NCBI GenBank assembly: GCA_964628585.1
Contig: CAZVMH010000005.1
Location: 2,491 to 66,490, forward strand
Source of the DNA: an uncultured Candidatus Saccharibacteria bacterium
GTDB lineage: Bacteria > Patescibacteriota > UBA1384 > XYA2-FULL-43-10 > 1-14-0-10-43-13
Direction of reading: 5' to 3'
Length of the DNA stretch: 64,000 nt
In this document: positions 45,477-55,564 of the stretch, in pieces
How positions within the stretch are numbered: position 1 is the stretch's first letter
How the letters are laid out: every line of letters starts with the position of its first letter
Program-made: the position numbers and the translations under genes
Notes under the pieces: generated by a model
Told to the model about the DNA's origin: nothing
What the model saw: the letters and a program-made list of their open reading frames with translations, nothing else
The model's database searches: none

Positions 45477-45817
45477 TATTTCTCCGAAGTAAAGTACTTA
45501 TTATTCATATCAATAAATTCTATTAAATTACCATCCAAATCTTTTACAAAAAACTGATATTCAGTTTTCTCGACCTGAACATCTTTTTTCTTGAGATTGT
45601 TAATATATTCAGGTAGATTATCAACAGCAACGCAAAAATGCTGGAAAGAATCTTTTGTAGGCGAACCAGAGCCGACCGCTAAATGAATATGTATTTCACC
45701 AACTTTAGCCCAACAATGCTTGTCGACAATTATTTTTTCAAAACCAAGTTTGTCAGCATAAAAATCTAATGCCTTATAATTATCCTTCACCAATACGGTT
45801 ATGTGATTAATTTTCAT
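45476..45817 (-). CDS. VOC-family (glyoxalase/bleomycin-resistance fold) protein.
   Basis: MKINHITVLVKDNYKALDFYADKLGFEKI...HFCVAVDN.... Confidence 0.7.
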   Translation of the reverse strand: MKINHITVLVKDNYKALDFYADKLGFEKIIVDKHCWAKVGEIHIHLAVGSGSPTKDSFQHFCVAVDNLPEYINNLKKKDVQVEKTEYQFFVKDLDGNLIEFIDMNNKYFTSEK

Positions 45818-46221
45818 TTGATTTCTTTCAAATATCTTAACATTGCATCTTTTACTGATTGATATTCCATCTCCATCGTTTCTATTTCCTCTAATCCCAC
45901 AAATTTATATCCCGAATGTTCCTCACTGGGTTTAATATTATCTAGCTCTTTTACGTCGAGCACGCAATATACACAATACTTTACCTGATATGGATCTTCG
46001 ATAATATTTATATCAACTGGTCTTGCATCTATGACATCAAGACCCACTTCCTCTTTTATTTCTCTCTCTAAAGCCTTCTTCCAATCTCTCTCATCGGTAC
46101 TCAAACGACCTCCAGGCAGAGACCATGATTTTGATCTTGCTCTTTGCAATATTAAAATTTGATCCTTCTCATTGAGAATGAGCCCATATTGTCCAATTTT
46201 AGCCAATAAGTGGTCTTGCAT
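45814..46221 (-). CDS. NUDIX hydrolase.
   Basis: Nudix box GGRLSTDERDWKKALEREIKEEVGLDV (GX5EX7REUXEEXGU). Confidence 0.8.
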   Translation of the reverse strand: MQDHLLAKIGQYGLILNEKDQILILQRARSKSWSLPGGRLSTDERDWKKALEREIKEEVGLDVIDARPVDINIIEDPYQVKYCVYCVLDVKELDNIKPSEEHSGYKFVGLEEIETMEMEYQSVKDAMLRYLKEIK

Positions 46222-46879
46222 TTGCCTTTCCGAATTCTACATGTAATGTGTCTAAATCCATAATAGCATAATGTCCAAAGAAAAATGGTGCCAATTTAAC
46301 TATTTTTGTTTCTCCTAAATATCCGACACCCCATCTGTCGTGGACATGACCGCAGATATGGACAAGGGGAGAATCGCTTAACTTTTTTACTGTCGATTTT
46401 TCAGTTTTCTGATCTTTCTCACGATCAAATTTCTCAAGATTTATTGCCACCGGTGGCGGAGCATGAGTGATAAATATTGAATCAGCAACAAACTTTGAAT
46501 CAACTGGGCTTTCCCCGGCATAGTGCCCAGCCCAAGATTCTGGAGAACCACCAACTCCAGTAAATTTACGTCCAAGCATTTCAACAACTCTGCCTTCGAG
46601 TGTTGGATATCTGGCCGAAACCAATTCGTAACTTCGTCCAAAGTCGTTGTTGCCTGGTATCCAAAGAAAGGATAGTCCGATCTTTTCGATCGTTTTTAAA
46701 AAGTCTTCGGCAAATGAAATGGGTTCGCCCTGGTTAACAATATCTCCCGCAAACAAAATAAGACTACACCCTTCATGTATGACAAGTTCATACATTGAAT
46801 AGAGTGCTTTCTTTGAGTCATGTAAATCAGAGAACAGAAATGCTTTATTGTTCTTTATTTTGCTTTGTAGACTGGCCAT
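46199..46879 (-). CDS. Calcineurin-like metallophosphoesterase.
   Basis: ILFAGDIVNQGE (GDxV), GNNDF (GNHD/E), ICGHVHDRWG (GHxH). Confidence 0.75.
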   Translation of the reverse strand: MASLQSKIKNNKAFLFSDLHDSKKALYSMYELVIHEGCSLILFAGDIVNQGEPISFAEDFLKTIEKIGLSFLWIPGNNDFGRSYELVSARYPTLEGRVVEMLGRKFTGVGGSPESWAGHYAGESPVDSKFVADSIFITHAPPPVAINLEKFDREKDQKTEKSTVKKLSDSPLVHICGHVHDRWGVGYLGETKIVKLAPFFFGHYAIMDLDTLHVEFGKANARPLIG

Positions 46880-48437
46880 TTATTTTTCTTGTTAAGGCCC
46901 ATTTCATTTCATCACAACCACACCAATGGCTTAATCCAAAGAATACAATTCCTCCAACTACAAGGGAAACGAGTGTTTGAGTCAAAACTCCATGAAATCT
47001 ATTCATATCGACTCTAGGAGCCACAAAGTGAGCCATAAAGTATAGAACTATGCCCATAACGAGTGAGATGAGAGTAATTTTTAATAATGATCCGAATAAC
47101 CCCTTATTTAGATAACCATTATATTTTTCATTTAAGAAATAATAGAGAATAGCAGCGTTTAGAAAACTACCAATTGAAAAAGAAAGTGCCAAACCAGCTA
47201 CACCCATACTTTGGGCTAGAGGATAAGCTAAGACGATGCTAATCGTGGTAGAAACTATCGAAATATACATTGGGGTCCTTGTATTTTTTAGAGCATAAAA
47301 AGCTCGAGAAAGAAGGGGGATAAGGCCCTGAAACAAAAGCGAAATAGAGAAAAAACCTAAAGTTAAAGCTGTTTTTTTGGTATCTTCCCAATCAAATTTT
47401 CCTGATCCCAAAATTAAACGAATTATTTGTGCTCTAAAACTGATGAATACCACCGTGGAGGGAATTAGAAAAAAGGCAATTGAACGGATTGCTCTATTTA
47501 AATAGAAAGCGAAGCTTTTGTTGTCAGACAAGGCAATCTTTGCAGTTAAAGTTGGGAAAACAGCTGTAGCAAAGGACGTACCAAAAACAACCGAGGGCAT
47601 TGTTTGAATGTTGTTTGATAAATTTAAAGCGGCAATTGAGCCTACTGTCAGAGCAGAAGCAATAGCAGTATAGACAACCAGCATAAGTTGCCCCATGCCC
47701 ATGCCAATTGTGCGAGGAATCATTAAGCGAATTATTTTTTTTATTGGAGCTGAAGTCCAATCAAAAATCAATTTATATGAAAAACCGAGCCGAATTGCAC
47801 TCGGGACTTGAACCATCATATGTAAAAAAGCGCCCACAATTACGGTGTAAATAACAGAAGTTAAACCGTAACGGGGCGCAAAATAGGCCGCTCCAACAAT
47901 AATTGAAGCATTATAAACCAAAGGAGCAAAAGCATAAGCCAAAAATCTTTTGTGAGAGTTTAGAACTCCGCCAATAATGTATGAAATTGCAAAAAATATT
48001 GGAGTGATCATTAAGAGACGGGCATAAAAAATTGACTGCGACATTCGTTCTAAGCTAAACTTTGGGACAACTAGAGGCATCAAAAGGGGCATCAAAAAAT
48101 ACAAAATTACCGCCATCACAATCATGGCAAGAGCGGCTAGATTAATTAATGAGTTGGTAACTCTATAACCACCTTTCTCGTCCTTTTTAGTAATGAATTC
48201 AGAAAATACTGGAATAAAAGCAGCTGTGATTGCCCCAAGAATCAGAAAGTTGAAAACAAGATCGGGTATTCTAAAAGCGGCGTAATAGATGTCCAGATCA
48301 AAAGTAGAAATATTTTTGGTTAGAAAACGATCTCGAAAAAGACCGAGTATGTTGCTCAAAGTCAGGGTAATCATTAAAATAAGGCTAGCGCCTCGAACAG
48401 AGTTTTCTTTACCAAAAAATCCAAAAATTCTTTTCAT
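46845..48437 (-). CDS. murJ: Lipid II flippase MurJ (MviN).
   Basis: N-terminal SLILMITLTLSNILGLFRDRFL and FRIPDLVFNFLILGAITAAFIPVFSE are conserved MurJ motifs. About 14 TM over 530 aa. Confidence 0.85.
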   Translation of the reverse strand: MKRIFGFFGKENSVRGASLILMITLTLSNILGLFRDRFLTKNISTFDLDIYYAAFRIPDLVFNFLILGAITAAFIPVFSEFITKKDEKGGYRVTNSLINLAALAMIVMAVILYFLMPLLMPLVVPKFSLERMSQSIFYARLLMITPIFFAISYIIGGVLNSHKRFLAYAFAPLVYNASIIVGAAYFAPRYGLTSVIYTVIVGAFLHMMVQVPSAIRLGFSYKLIFDWTSAPIKKIIRLMIPRTIGMGMGQLMLVVYTAIASALTVGSIAALNLSNNIQTMPSVVFGTSFATAVFPTLTAKIALSDNKSFAFYLNRAIRSIAFFLIPSTVVFISFRAQIIRLILGSGKFDWEDTKKTALTLGFFSISLLFQGLIPLLSRAFYALKNTRTPMYISIVSTTISIVLAYPLAQSMGVAGLALSFSIGSFLNAAILYYFLNEKYNGYLNKGLFGSLLKITLISLVMGIVLYFMAHFVAPRVDMNRFHGVLTQTLVSLVVGGIVFFGLSHWCGCDEMKWALTRKINGQSTKQNKEQ

Positions 48438-50251
48438 TTTTTAGCACTTTTCTTTTCTACTTTTTCACCAAAAAAAGCCAAGAACTCATCTGCATCAAGA
48501 GTTTCTTTCTTTAGAAGAGTATCTGCTATTTTTTTAATTATAACCCTATGACTATCAATTAGTTTTTTGGCCTCAATATGTCCTTCGTCTATCAAGCTAG
48601 AAACTTCGTCATCAATTAGATTGGCAATCTTTTCGCTGTAATTTCTATGTTCAGTATATTCTTTGCCCAAAAATGGCATTTCCTCTTTGTGACCATATGT
48701 TTGTGGTCCAAGTTTATCGCTCATACCATATTCAGTTATCATTTTTCGAGCTAAAACAGTCGCCCTTTTTAAATCGTTTTGAGCACCAGTTGTAATATTT
48801 TCTTTACCAAAAAATTCTTCTTCTGCAACACGACCACCCAATAGCGAGGCAATTTCGTCTTTGAAGCGTGCTTTTGTCTCAAGTCTTCTGTCTTCACCGG
48901 GCATGCTCCATGTATAACCAAGAGCCATGCCTCGAGAAACAATTGAAATTTTATGTACCGGATCACCGTTCTTTGTTAAATGTCCCACAACAGCATGACC
49001 AGCTTCGTGAATTGCCGTAATATTTTTTTCTTCTTCTGACATAACTTTTGATTTTCGTTCTGGGCCCAAAATTACTTTTTCTGTGGCTTGATCAAGATAA
49101 TTTTGAGAGATAGTTTTCTGTCCATGTCGAGCCGAAAGTATTGCTGCCTCGTTTGTTAAATTACGCAAATCTGCGCCAGAAAAACCCGGAGTAGATGAAG
49201 CAATTTTGTCTAATTTGACATTTGATTCAAGGGGTTTGTTTTTCGTATGTACTTTTAAGATATCTGTACGTTCGTTTTTATCAGGAAGATCAATGATAAC
49301 TTGACGGTCAAATCTACCTGGTCTAAGAAGGGCAGGGTCAAGAACATCTGGTCTGTTTGTGGCTGCCAAAATGATTACGTTATCATTGGCTTCAAAACCA
49401 TCCATTTCAACTAGAATTTGATTTAAAGTTTGTTCTCTTTCGTCATGAGACCCACCGAGACCACTACCACGTTGACGACCAATTGCATCCAATTCATCAA
49501 TAAAGATAATCGCGGGGGCATTCCTCTTGGCTTTCATAAACAAATCTCTTACTCTGGAAGCACCAACACCAACGAACATCTCAACAAATTCTGAAGCAGA
49601 AATTGAAAAGAAAGGAACTCCTGCTTCTCCGGCTACTGCCCTGGCAAGCAAAGTCTTACCAGTCCCTGGAGGACCAACCAACAAAACACCTCTTGGAATC
49701 TCAGCGCCAAGATCACGATATTTTTTTGGAGTCTTTAGAAAATCGACTACTTCATATAATTCTTGTTTTGGCTCGACTAGTCCGGCCACATCTTCAAAAG
49801 TTACTTTGGCATTCCCCATAAAAAGTTTGGCTGTAGATTTTCCAAAACCCATTGCTTTTGAATTGGCACCCTGAGCAGATCGCATCATAAAGAAAATAAA
49901 ACCACCGATTAGTAAAATCGGCAAAAATATCGATAATATTGAATAAGCAGTGCTGGACCCAGTTGTATCTTGAACTTTAATATTTACTTTATCAGGAGTA
50001 ATACCGTAATCTTTTAAACCTCCAACTGTTGTTTCTTTAAATGCTTTAATCTGGCTATCATCTTGAAGTGTTGCGGTTACAAGATTGTCTTTAACTAAAA
50101 TCTGTTTGACTTCGCCTTTTTCAACTTTTTGAGCAATTTCTGAGATTTGTACGTCTTTAGCTGCAGGACTTTTTGGTAAAAACGAATAGATTGCAAAGAT
50201 GGCTATAATTATAAAAATTGGCCATAAATATGATTTCGATTGCTTTTTCAT
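48434..50251 (-). CDS. ftsH: ATP-dependent zinc metalloprotease FtsH.
   Basis: N-terminal [42 protein letters not shown], second-region of homology, and the zinc-site HEAGHA. Confidence 0.96.
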   Translation of the reverse strand: MKKQSKSYLWPIFIIIAIFAIYSFLPKSPAAKDVQISEIAQKVEKGEVKQILVKDNLVTATLQDDSQIKAFKETTVGGLKDYGITPDKVNIKVQDTTGSSTAYSILSIFLPILLIGGFIFFMMRSAQGANSKAMGFGKSTAKLFMGNAKVTFEDVAGLVEPKQELYEVVDFLKTPKKYRDLGAEIPRGVLLVGPPGTGKTLLARAVAGEAGVPFFSISASEFVEMFVGVGASRVRDLFMKAKRNAPAIIFIDELDAIGRQRGSGLGGSHDEREQTLNQILVEMDGFEANDNVIILAATNRPDVLDPALLRPGRFDRQVIIDLPDKNERTDILKVHTKNKPLESNVKLDKIASSTPGFSGADLRNLTNEAAILSARHGQKTISQNYLDQATEKVILGPERKSKVMSEEEKNITAIHEAGHAVVGHLTKNGDPVHKISIVSRGMALGYTWSMPGEDRRLETKARFKDEIASLLGGRVAEEEFFGKENITTGAQNDLKRATVLARKMITEYGMSDKLGPQTYGHKEEMPFLGKEYTEHRNYSEKIANLIDDEVSSLIDEGHIEAKKLIDSHRVIIKKIADTLLKKETLDADEFLAFFGEKVEKKSAKK

Positions 50252-50268
50252 TTTCTCCTTACTATATA

Positions 50269-51246
50269 TTAAACAGACAGTACAATTTTACCAGATATGA
50301 GCTCTGCGCGCAATGAACGGGGGAGTATTTTATGTTTTTTTCCGATACTCTTAATAAATAGCTCACATATTGCCTGAATTTGGACTGAAGTAATATCTTT
50401 GAGACCAATTAATTTTTCGATCGCTCGACGTAAGATTATTTTCTGTATTGCATGATCTTGAGCTAACCATTTTTTATAATCGATTTCAATTATTGTGTTG
50501 CCCACTACCTTACTAATTTGTCTTAACTTTTCGTCAGCAATTTTTTCTAAAAAATTTGTGTCATCTTCAATAAGACCAATGGTCGATGATAGGGAATTGC
50601 TAAATCTAGGATTTAGTTTTTCAAATAATGGCAAAATTTGGTGACGGACATAGTTACGATCAAAATTAAGGTTTTTATTGGTAGAATCGGTTTTATGCTT
50701 GAGTCTGCGATCTTTGAGATATTGTTCAATTTCTGTTCTGTTAATTGGAAGTAGGGGACGGATAATTTTTTCTCTTTGAGAGGGGATAGATTTAAGTCCG
50801 TAAATACCGCTCCCTCGAGCTAGCCGTAGGAGGAAAGTTTCCACTTGGTCATTTTGATTGTGCGCTGTGGCTAGCGTGTCTCCCCTGCCCTCTTTTAAAA
50901 TTTTTTTGAAGAAACCATAGCGTGCATCTCTCGCCTTTTCTTCGCTTTTATATTGATTTTTATTTTCCGCTCGGTCAACAATACATTCGATGTCACGCAT
51001 TTTGCAAAATTCTCGGACGAATTTTTCGTCGCCATCACTCTCTACTCCCCTTAGCCGATGATTGAAATGACAAACTGAAATTTTAATATTCAATTTTTCT
51101 TGCAAAGTCAGTAAAATATCCAAAAGTGCAATCGAATCTGCTCCTCCACTAACGGCTACAATAACTTTCTGGCCAGACTGAATCAGATTATTTTTTTGAA
51201 TGAATTTATATGTTCTATGAGGAATAGATTTTTGAGATAGTTTCAT
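50269..51246 (-). CDS. tilS: tRNA(Ile)-lysidine synthetase.
   Basis: PP-loop VIVAVSGGADSIALLDIL. Conserved tilS-ftsH synteny. Confidence 0.9.
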   Translation of the reverse strand: MKLSQKSIPHRTYKFIQKNNLIQSGQKVIVAVSGGADSIALLDILLTLQEKLNIKISVCHFNHRLRGVESDGDEKFVREFCKMRDIECIVDRAENKNQYKSEEKARDARYGFFKKILKEGRGDTLATAHNQNDQVETFLLRLARGSGIYGLKSIPSQREKIIRPLLPINRTEIEQYLKDRRLKHKTDSTNKNLNFDRNYVRHQILPLFEKLNPRFSNSLSSTIGLIEDDTNFLEKIADEKLRQISKVVGNTIIEIDYKKWLAQDHAIQKIILRRAIEKLIGLKDITSVQIQAICELFIKSIGKKHKILPRSLRAELISGKIVLSV

Positions 51247-51375
51247 AAATTAAAAAAATGCTTATTGAATGTCGCTCATAGCCCATAGTTTATGTAAACA
51301 ATCTATAAGCTATAAACCACAAGCAATAAACAAATCGCAAAATTAATTACCCCCATGCTTACTCGCCCTGTTAAA

Positions 51376-51452
51376 TGGTAGCGGCGGGAGGACTTGAACC
51401 TCCGACCTCGGGCTTATGAGTCCCACGCTCTAACCAGCTGAGCTACGCCGCC
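51376..51452 (-). tRNA. tRNA-Met (CAU), elongator type, CCA encoded.
   Basis: Reverse complement GGCGGCGTAGCTCAGCTGGTTAGAGCGTGGGACTCATAAGCCCGAGGTCGGAGGTTCAAGTCCTCCCGCCGCTACCA. Paired 1:72 (G-C). D-arm and T-arm are canonical. Anticodon loop CTCATAA. Resembles bacterial elongator tRNA-Met. Confidence 0.82.
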
Positions 51453-51453
51453 A

Positions 51454-51716
51454 CTTATTTAACAGGGTAGATCCTGTGCCCTGCCTGCCAGCAGGCAGGT
51501 CTACCTCGACCAGAAGCCGATCGTCCTTTGGATGAAACTGAGGGCCGAAGGCCACCCTTCGGGTCTACCCTGCCATGTCAGTTAAAGCTACTGGATTACA
51601 AAGATTGCTAAAGCAACTTTTTCATCCTTTCGCTTCGCTTCCTTTAAGCCAAAACAGAGTTTTGGCTTGTTTGCCTAGTACCTAGAACAACCCATCAATA
51701 AATTGATGGACAATCC
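51454..51716 (-). other. Structured GC-rich spacer between tRNA-fMet and tRNA-Met. The same inverted-repeat word recurs three times (gggtagatc ... ggtctacc ... gggtctaccc), with nested GC hairpins. Candidate small RNA, processing element or attachment-site remnant.
   Basis: Read directly: acagggtagatcctgtgCCCTGCCTGccagCAGGCAGGtctacc...gagggCCGAAGGccacCCTTCGGgtctaccctg. The words allow mutually exclusive pairings. Confidence 0.3.
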
Positions 51717-51717
51717 T

Positions 51718-51735
51718 TGGTAGCGGGGGTTGGAT
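51718..51735 (-). repeat. 18-bp direct duplicate of the 3' end of the tRNA-fMet gene (tggtagcgggggttggat), located 142 bp downstream of the intact tRNA.
   Basis: Exact match between 51718-51735 and 51877-51894. The flanks diverge immediately after. Confidence 0.6.
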
Positions 51736-51876
51736 ATTTCACCGCGCTCCGCTTACAAAAACCCTCGGTTTTTGTTGTTTTTCTCCAGCGGGAAACTACC
51801 GTTTCCCGACCCTTTCTCCTGGTTCAAATCAACATATATACCAGGAACCAGCCGTCGATTCTCGACGCCTCGTTAC

Positions 51877-51953
51877 TGGTAGCGGGGGTTGGATTTGAAC
51901 CAACGACCTTCTGGTTATGAGCCAGACGAGCTACCGGACTGCTCCACCCCGCA
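51877..51953 (-). tRNA. Initiator-like tRNA-fMet (CAU), CCA encoded.
   Basis: Reverse complement TGCGGGGTGGAGCAGTCCGGTAGCTCGTCTGGCTCATAACCAGAAGGTCGTTGGTTCAAATCCAACCCCCGCTACCA. Near-identical to the E. coli initiator tRNA through the acceptor, D and T arms. Unpaired 1:72 (U.U), as in bacterial initiators. The anticodon stem has two rather than three G-C pairs. Confidence 0.8.
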
Positions 51954-52011
51954 TCAACAAGAACTATTGTACCAAGAAACTAGCTCAAATTCAATAGAAA
52001 TGAGAATTTGG

Positions 52012-52413
52012 TTACCGCTCAAAAAAATATTTCCACCACAAAACATAGTTTGGCGTTTTGATGCTCACTTCACCCAACCCAACATCTGCCACTTTTTCTT
52101 CTTCAGTATCTAAAGGTAAGATCATAATGTTCTCGCCAGGCGCTCTATAGCCCAACTTAGCTCTTGCCTCCTTTTCACGGAAAGATTGTGTTTGGTAGTA
52201 AGCAATCTGATTTTCTAATTCAGTAATATTATCTCGAAGCAATTCTATTTTTGCCACTTCATCTTCTAGACTTTTATTTGAATTATAATTAACCCAAATT
52301 GAACGACCAACCACAAAAAACATATATAAAACAACCAGAAAAATTACAAAATTACCCAGAGTCATTGGAATAATTTTCTCGATCCCCTCTTTAATTTTAC
52401 GGAAGAAGTTCAT
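52012..52413 (-). CDS. FtsB/DivIC-like septum-formation initiator (single TM plus coiled coil).
   Basis: N-terminal TM LGNFVIFLVVLYMFFVV then a coiled-coil LEDEVAKIELLRDNITELENQIAYYQTQSFREKEARAKLGY, typical of the FtsB family. Confidence 0.6.
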   Translation of the reverse strand: MNFFRKIKEGIEKIIPMTLGNFVIFLVVLYMFFVVGRSIWVNYNSNKSLEDEVAKIELLRDNITELENQIAYYQTQSFREKEARAKLGYRAPGENIMILPLDTEEEKVADVGLGEVSIKTPNYVLWWKYFFER

Positions 52414-52482
52414 ATTAAAATTATATTACAAAAAGCTCCCCGTCGCTAGACAGAGAGCTTTTTTCTCACTAGATTCTTGTTC

Positions 52483-54336
52483 TTACCACCTTTTTGATTT
52501 GCGGTTTGGATCCTTAGAAGCACTTTTTTTAATTGCTTTTTTCTCAATCTTTTTTTCTTCTTTCACAATCGGTTTATTGTCTTCTTCACTTCCAGCGAAC
52601 CAGTAAAAATATCCTCCGGTAGCTGCACCTGCTAACAGGATCAGAACGAATAATACGATCCATGGAGTCCAGTTGATATCCTCCGTCTCGCTCGAAGTTT
52701 CCTCACTTTTTATCTGACCATTATCGTCAGATGGAGTCTCAACTTTTTGTTCTGCCGGAGGAGCAGCTTGAACCGTAGCAACTAACCCGGTTGAAACAGG
52801 ATCCTCTGTCGCTACTTCTTCTGTTATCACAACTGGGGCAACTGGTGCGATCGGAGTGATCGAAGATACCAAATCAATATTCTTCTGGTTTATACCCCCT
52901 AAAAAACCTCCTTCATCTGTTCCGAACATTGCAGTAACTCTGACCACGAATGAACCAAAATCGCCAAAAGTCTGTAAATAGGTCAGATCAGTTGTTTGTA
53001 AACCATTAATAATCCAGTTATCTGAGGATTTGCCGACATATACTTTGTAACCAGTTGCCTTCGGAACCTTATTCCAACTAAGAGTAACTATTTTTCCGTT
53101 TATGGATATTGTAACAGTTGGAATCGATATTGTTTCAATTCCAGCCATTCCAGCAGTTGCAGTTTGAAGCGCTAGTGTCAACTCATGAAGAGTTGTGGCA
53201 TCATCTATCGCAATGTCTCCTTCTGTCTTGAACTGGTTCAAAATTGCTAAGTTCTCTGAAGAATAATCTCCATCATTGTATAAGGTACGAGCTTCATTAA
53301 GATCAGTATGGGCTTTTATCTTTGCTTCCATCAAATCAACAACTGTCAGAGTGAAATTTGTTTTAACATTCGCATTTCGTGCTAAATCTTCTACGGAATC
53401 AGGATCAACCGTGAAAACAAAAGTTCCGATCATCCCAGCCACACCGTTTGATCCAAACGGTTTGATAATTAATGTTTTATTTTCAGCATCTAAAGGATCT
53501 AGAGCTATTGATCCATATGCATAATCAGCTCCATTAATATTTATCATTACAATCGGAGCACTTCTTAGCACTACTGGTTCACTCATTTCAACTATTATTG
53601 AGGATGTAATTGAGTTCTGTGTAACTGTAAGTGTTCCATCTGTTGAGATAATATCAACTCCGTCAACCGTCGCCGTTAAGCCGACCATTGTAGGTGCAAT
53701 CGTGTCAATAACAAATGAAGAATTTCTTGGATCCGGTGTATTTAATAGTATGAAATCATTTGCATTGTTGTCCGTATCCAAACCATTACCAATACCAGAT
53801 AAATCAGTTTTTCTTTCGATGCTCACGTCTGTAACAAGCCCAATATTTACCCCCATTGTTTCGACTGCTAGACTAGGCTGATCTGTTTCTCCCCAACCAA
53901 CTTTATCAATAATATTATTTAAGGATCCTTCAATTATAATTCCGCTTCTCCCAGTCAGTTTGGCAGATGAATATGTAGCATCTGCAACTACACCTACGTT
54001 ACCGGAAGCGATCAAAAAATAACCCTTAGGTGGTATTGTGTGATTTATCCATGTCAATGCTCTTGGCGAAGAAACGTTGTTACTGTCAACTGTTAGTATT
54101 TTAAAATTAGCATCACTCAGAACGATAGCTGTCGATGTTGGATTGTAAAATTCAACAAATTCATTTGAAGCTGTATTAATACCAACAGCGACTTGTGAAA
54201 TCACCACGTTAGATCCATCTACTGCCGCCTTTACTCTTGTTGCGCTAAACATTCCATTTACTAGCCATGCTGGTGCAACCATTGCCACAGCAAGCAAGTA
54301 AATGAGCGCCTTTCGATAAAGCTTTTTCATAAACAC
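52483..54336 (-). CDS. Large surface protein (617 aa) with an N-terminal signal, a lamin-tail domain, Ig/Fn-like beta regions, and a C-terminal TM anchor with a Lys-rich cytoplasmic tail.
   Basis: Signal MFMKKLYRKALIYLLAVAMVAPAW. LTD VVISQVAVGINTASNEFVEFYNPTSTAIVLSDANFKIL. C-terminal WTPWIVLFVLILLAGAATGGYFYWF followed by KKIEKKAIKKSASKDPNRKSKRW. Confidence 0.7.
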   Translation of the reverse strand: MFMKKLYRKALIYLLAVAMVAPAWLVNGMFSATRVKAAVDGSNVVISQVAVGINTASNEFVEFYNPTSTAIVLSDANFKILTVDSNNVSSPRALTWINHTIPPKGYFLIASGNVGVVADATYSSAKLTGRSGIIIEGSLNNIIDKVGWGETDQPSLAVETMGVNIGLVTDVSIERKTDLSGIGNGLDTDNNANDFILLNTPDPRNSSFVIDTIAPTMVGLTATVDGVDIISTDGTLTVTQNSITSSIIVEMSEPVVLRSAPIVMININGADYAYGSIALDPLDAENKTLIIKPFGSNGVAGMIGTFVFTVDPDSVEDLARNANVKTNFTLTVVDLMEAKIKAHTDLNEARTLYNDGDYSSENLAILNQFKTEGDIAIDDATTLHELTLALQTATAGMAGIETISIPTVTISINGKIVTLSWNKVPKATGYKVYVGKSSDNWIINGLQTTDLTYLQTFGDFGSFVVRVTAMFGTDEGGFLGGINQKNIDLVSSITPIAPVAPVVITEEVATEDPVSTGLVATVQAAPPAEQKVETPSDDNGQIKSEETSSETEDINWTPWIVLFVLILLAGAATGGYFYWFAGSEEDNKPIVKEEKKIEKKAIKKSASKDPNRKSKRW

Positions 54337-54670
54337 TCCTAATTAATTATTATATATTAACATGTTCCCTCACACTAGAAAGATAAGATTTTTGCAATTA
54401 CAAAAAACGACCAAAAGTCCTTATTTCCCTCGTGACAAGAAACTTTCGCTCACAATACTTTAGTTTTATAACCCCCTAATTGTCCCAAACCATGAGGCTT
54501 AGAATATGCAAACACTTTTTTGATATTCCCATAGCTTTTTCATACTTTTTCATACTTTATGGCCATAAGAGGATTGTGTCTAAAAGAAGACTATATGTAG
54601 TAGAACTTATTGTCAACAAATAAAAAAATGAGCTTTTTAAGCTCATTTTTGTTAGTTATCCACAGGTTTG

Positions 54671-55225
54671 CTAAAAAGAACTAAAAATATTCTTAGCAAT
54701 ATAATTATATATTCTTACAATTGCAGGTTTTTTGTGACCAAACATATTTGTTACCATTATGGTTTGACGAGTTTTCCCATTGTCATTGTATTCCCCTTTA
54801 ACAATGCCAATTCCAATATCTGCGTAGTCGGGATTTAATATATTTTCACGATGTTTTGGAGAATTCATCCAAGCCTTAACCATTCCTTCAGAGGTTACAA
54901 AATCCATGGCAAGATTTTCGCCCGCGTAAAGATAGTCATAATCAGCTATGCGAAAAAAGTCCCAAGGAGTTAGACCATTTGCATAGTGATCAAAGTAATC
55001 TCGGTTAAGCATATCTTTAGTTTTAAGAGTAGAGGCAAAATCAAGGTTTGAATCTTCTTTCAGACTAGAAAGGCCTCTGTTGGTTCTCTCAGTATTAATA
55101 CTCTTTAAAACATTTTTCGGATTAATTTCGCTAGCAAATGCAAGCCCAACAAAAGCAAGGTTGAGAGTGATTGCTACTCCAACTGCGAGGTAAATATGTT
55201 TAATTTTAAGATTGGTTTTGTTCAT
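54671..55225 (-). CDS. CAP/SCP/PR-1 domain secreted protein.
   Basis: Signal/TM. HYANGLTPWDF...YAGENLAMDF...GMVKAWMNSPKHRENILNPDYADIGIGIV (CAP signature). Confidence 0.8.
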   Translation of the reverse strand: MNKTNLKIKHIYLAVGVAITLNLAFVGLAFASEINPKNVLKSINTERTNRGLSSLKEDSNLDFASTLKTKDMLNRDYFDHYANGLTPWDFFRIADYDYLYAGENLAMDFVTSEGMVKAWMNSPKHRENILNPDYADIGIGIVKGEYNDNGKTRQTIMVTNMFGHKKPAIVRIYNYIAKNIFSSF

Positions 55226-55396
55226 AGTGTGATTTAGTATGATTTTTACTTAGATTCAAGTAAATTAGACCATTATATCAATTAAACAACCTTTTGTCAA
55301 TAGCTAAAGTAAAAATAATGTGTTTTAATATTAAAACTGGAGAACACTTAGATTGAAAAGATCGGCTTGATTTGATAAGATACTATTAATTAGTTC

Positions 55397-55472
55397 GGGC
55401 CCGTAGCTCAGTGGTTAGAGCAGCCGGCTCATAACCGGTCGGTCGCAGGTTCGATCCCTGCCAGGCCCACCA
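55397..55472 (+). tRNA. tRNA with CAU anticodon, most similar to tRNA-Ile2 (lysidine-modified, the TilS substrate). Elongator Met is the alternative.
   Basis: GGGCCCGTAGCTCAGTGGTTAGAGCAGCCGGCTCATAACCGGTCGGTCGCAGGTTCGATCCCTGCCAGGCCCACCA. The D-arm and variable/T regions match E. coli tRNA-Ile2 (LAU) closely. One C.A mismatch in the acceptor stem. Confidence 0.75.
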
Positions 55473-55564
55473 TTTTCCCGACTTACAGTATCAATATATC
55501 GACAATGATAAATTCGTTGCAATTTACTATTTGTTTTAAAAAGTTTTTGTAATATAATAGTGTT

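Noticed and set aside
51717-52113. Plus-strand ORFs 51717-51920 and 51889-52113
   Set aside because: They run antisense through the tRNA-fMet gene and its hairpin-rich spacer. Not coding.
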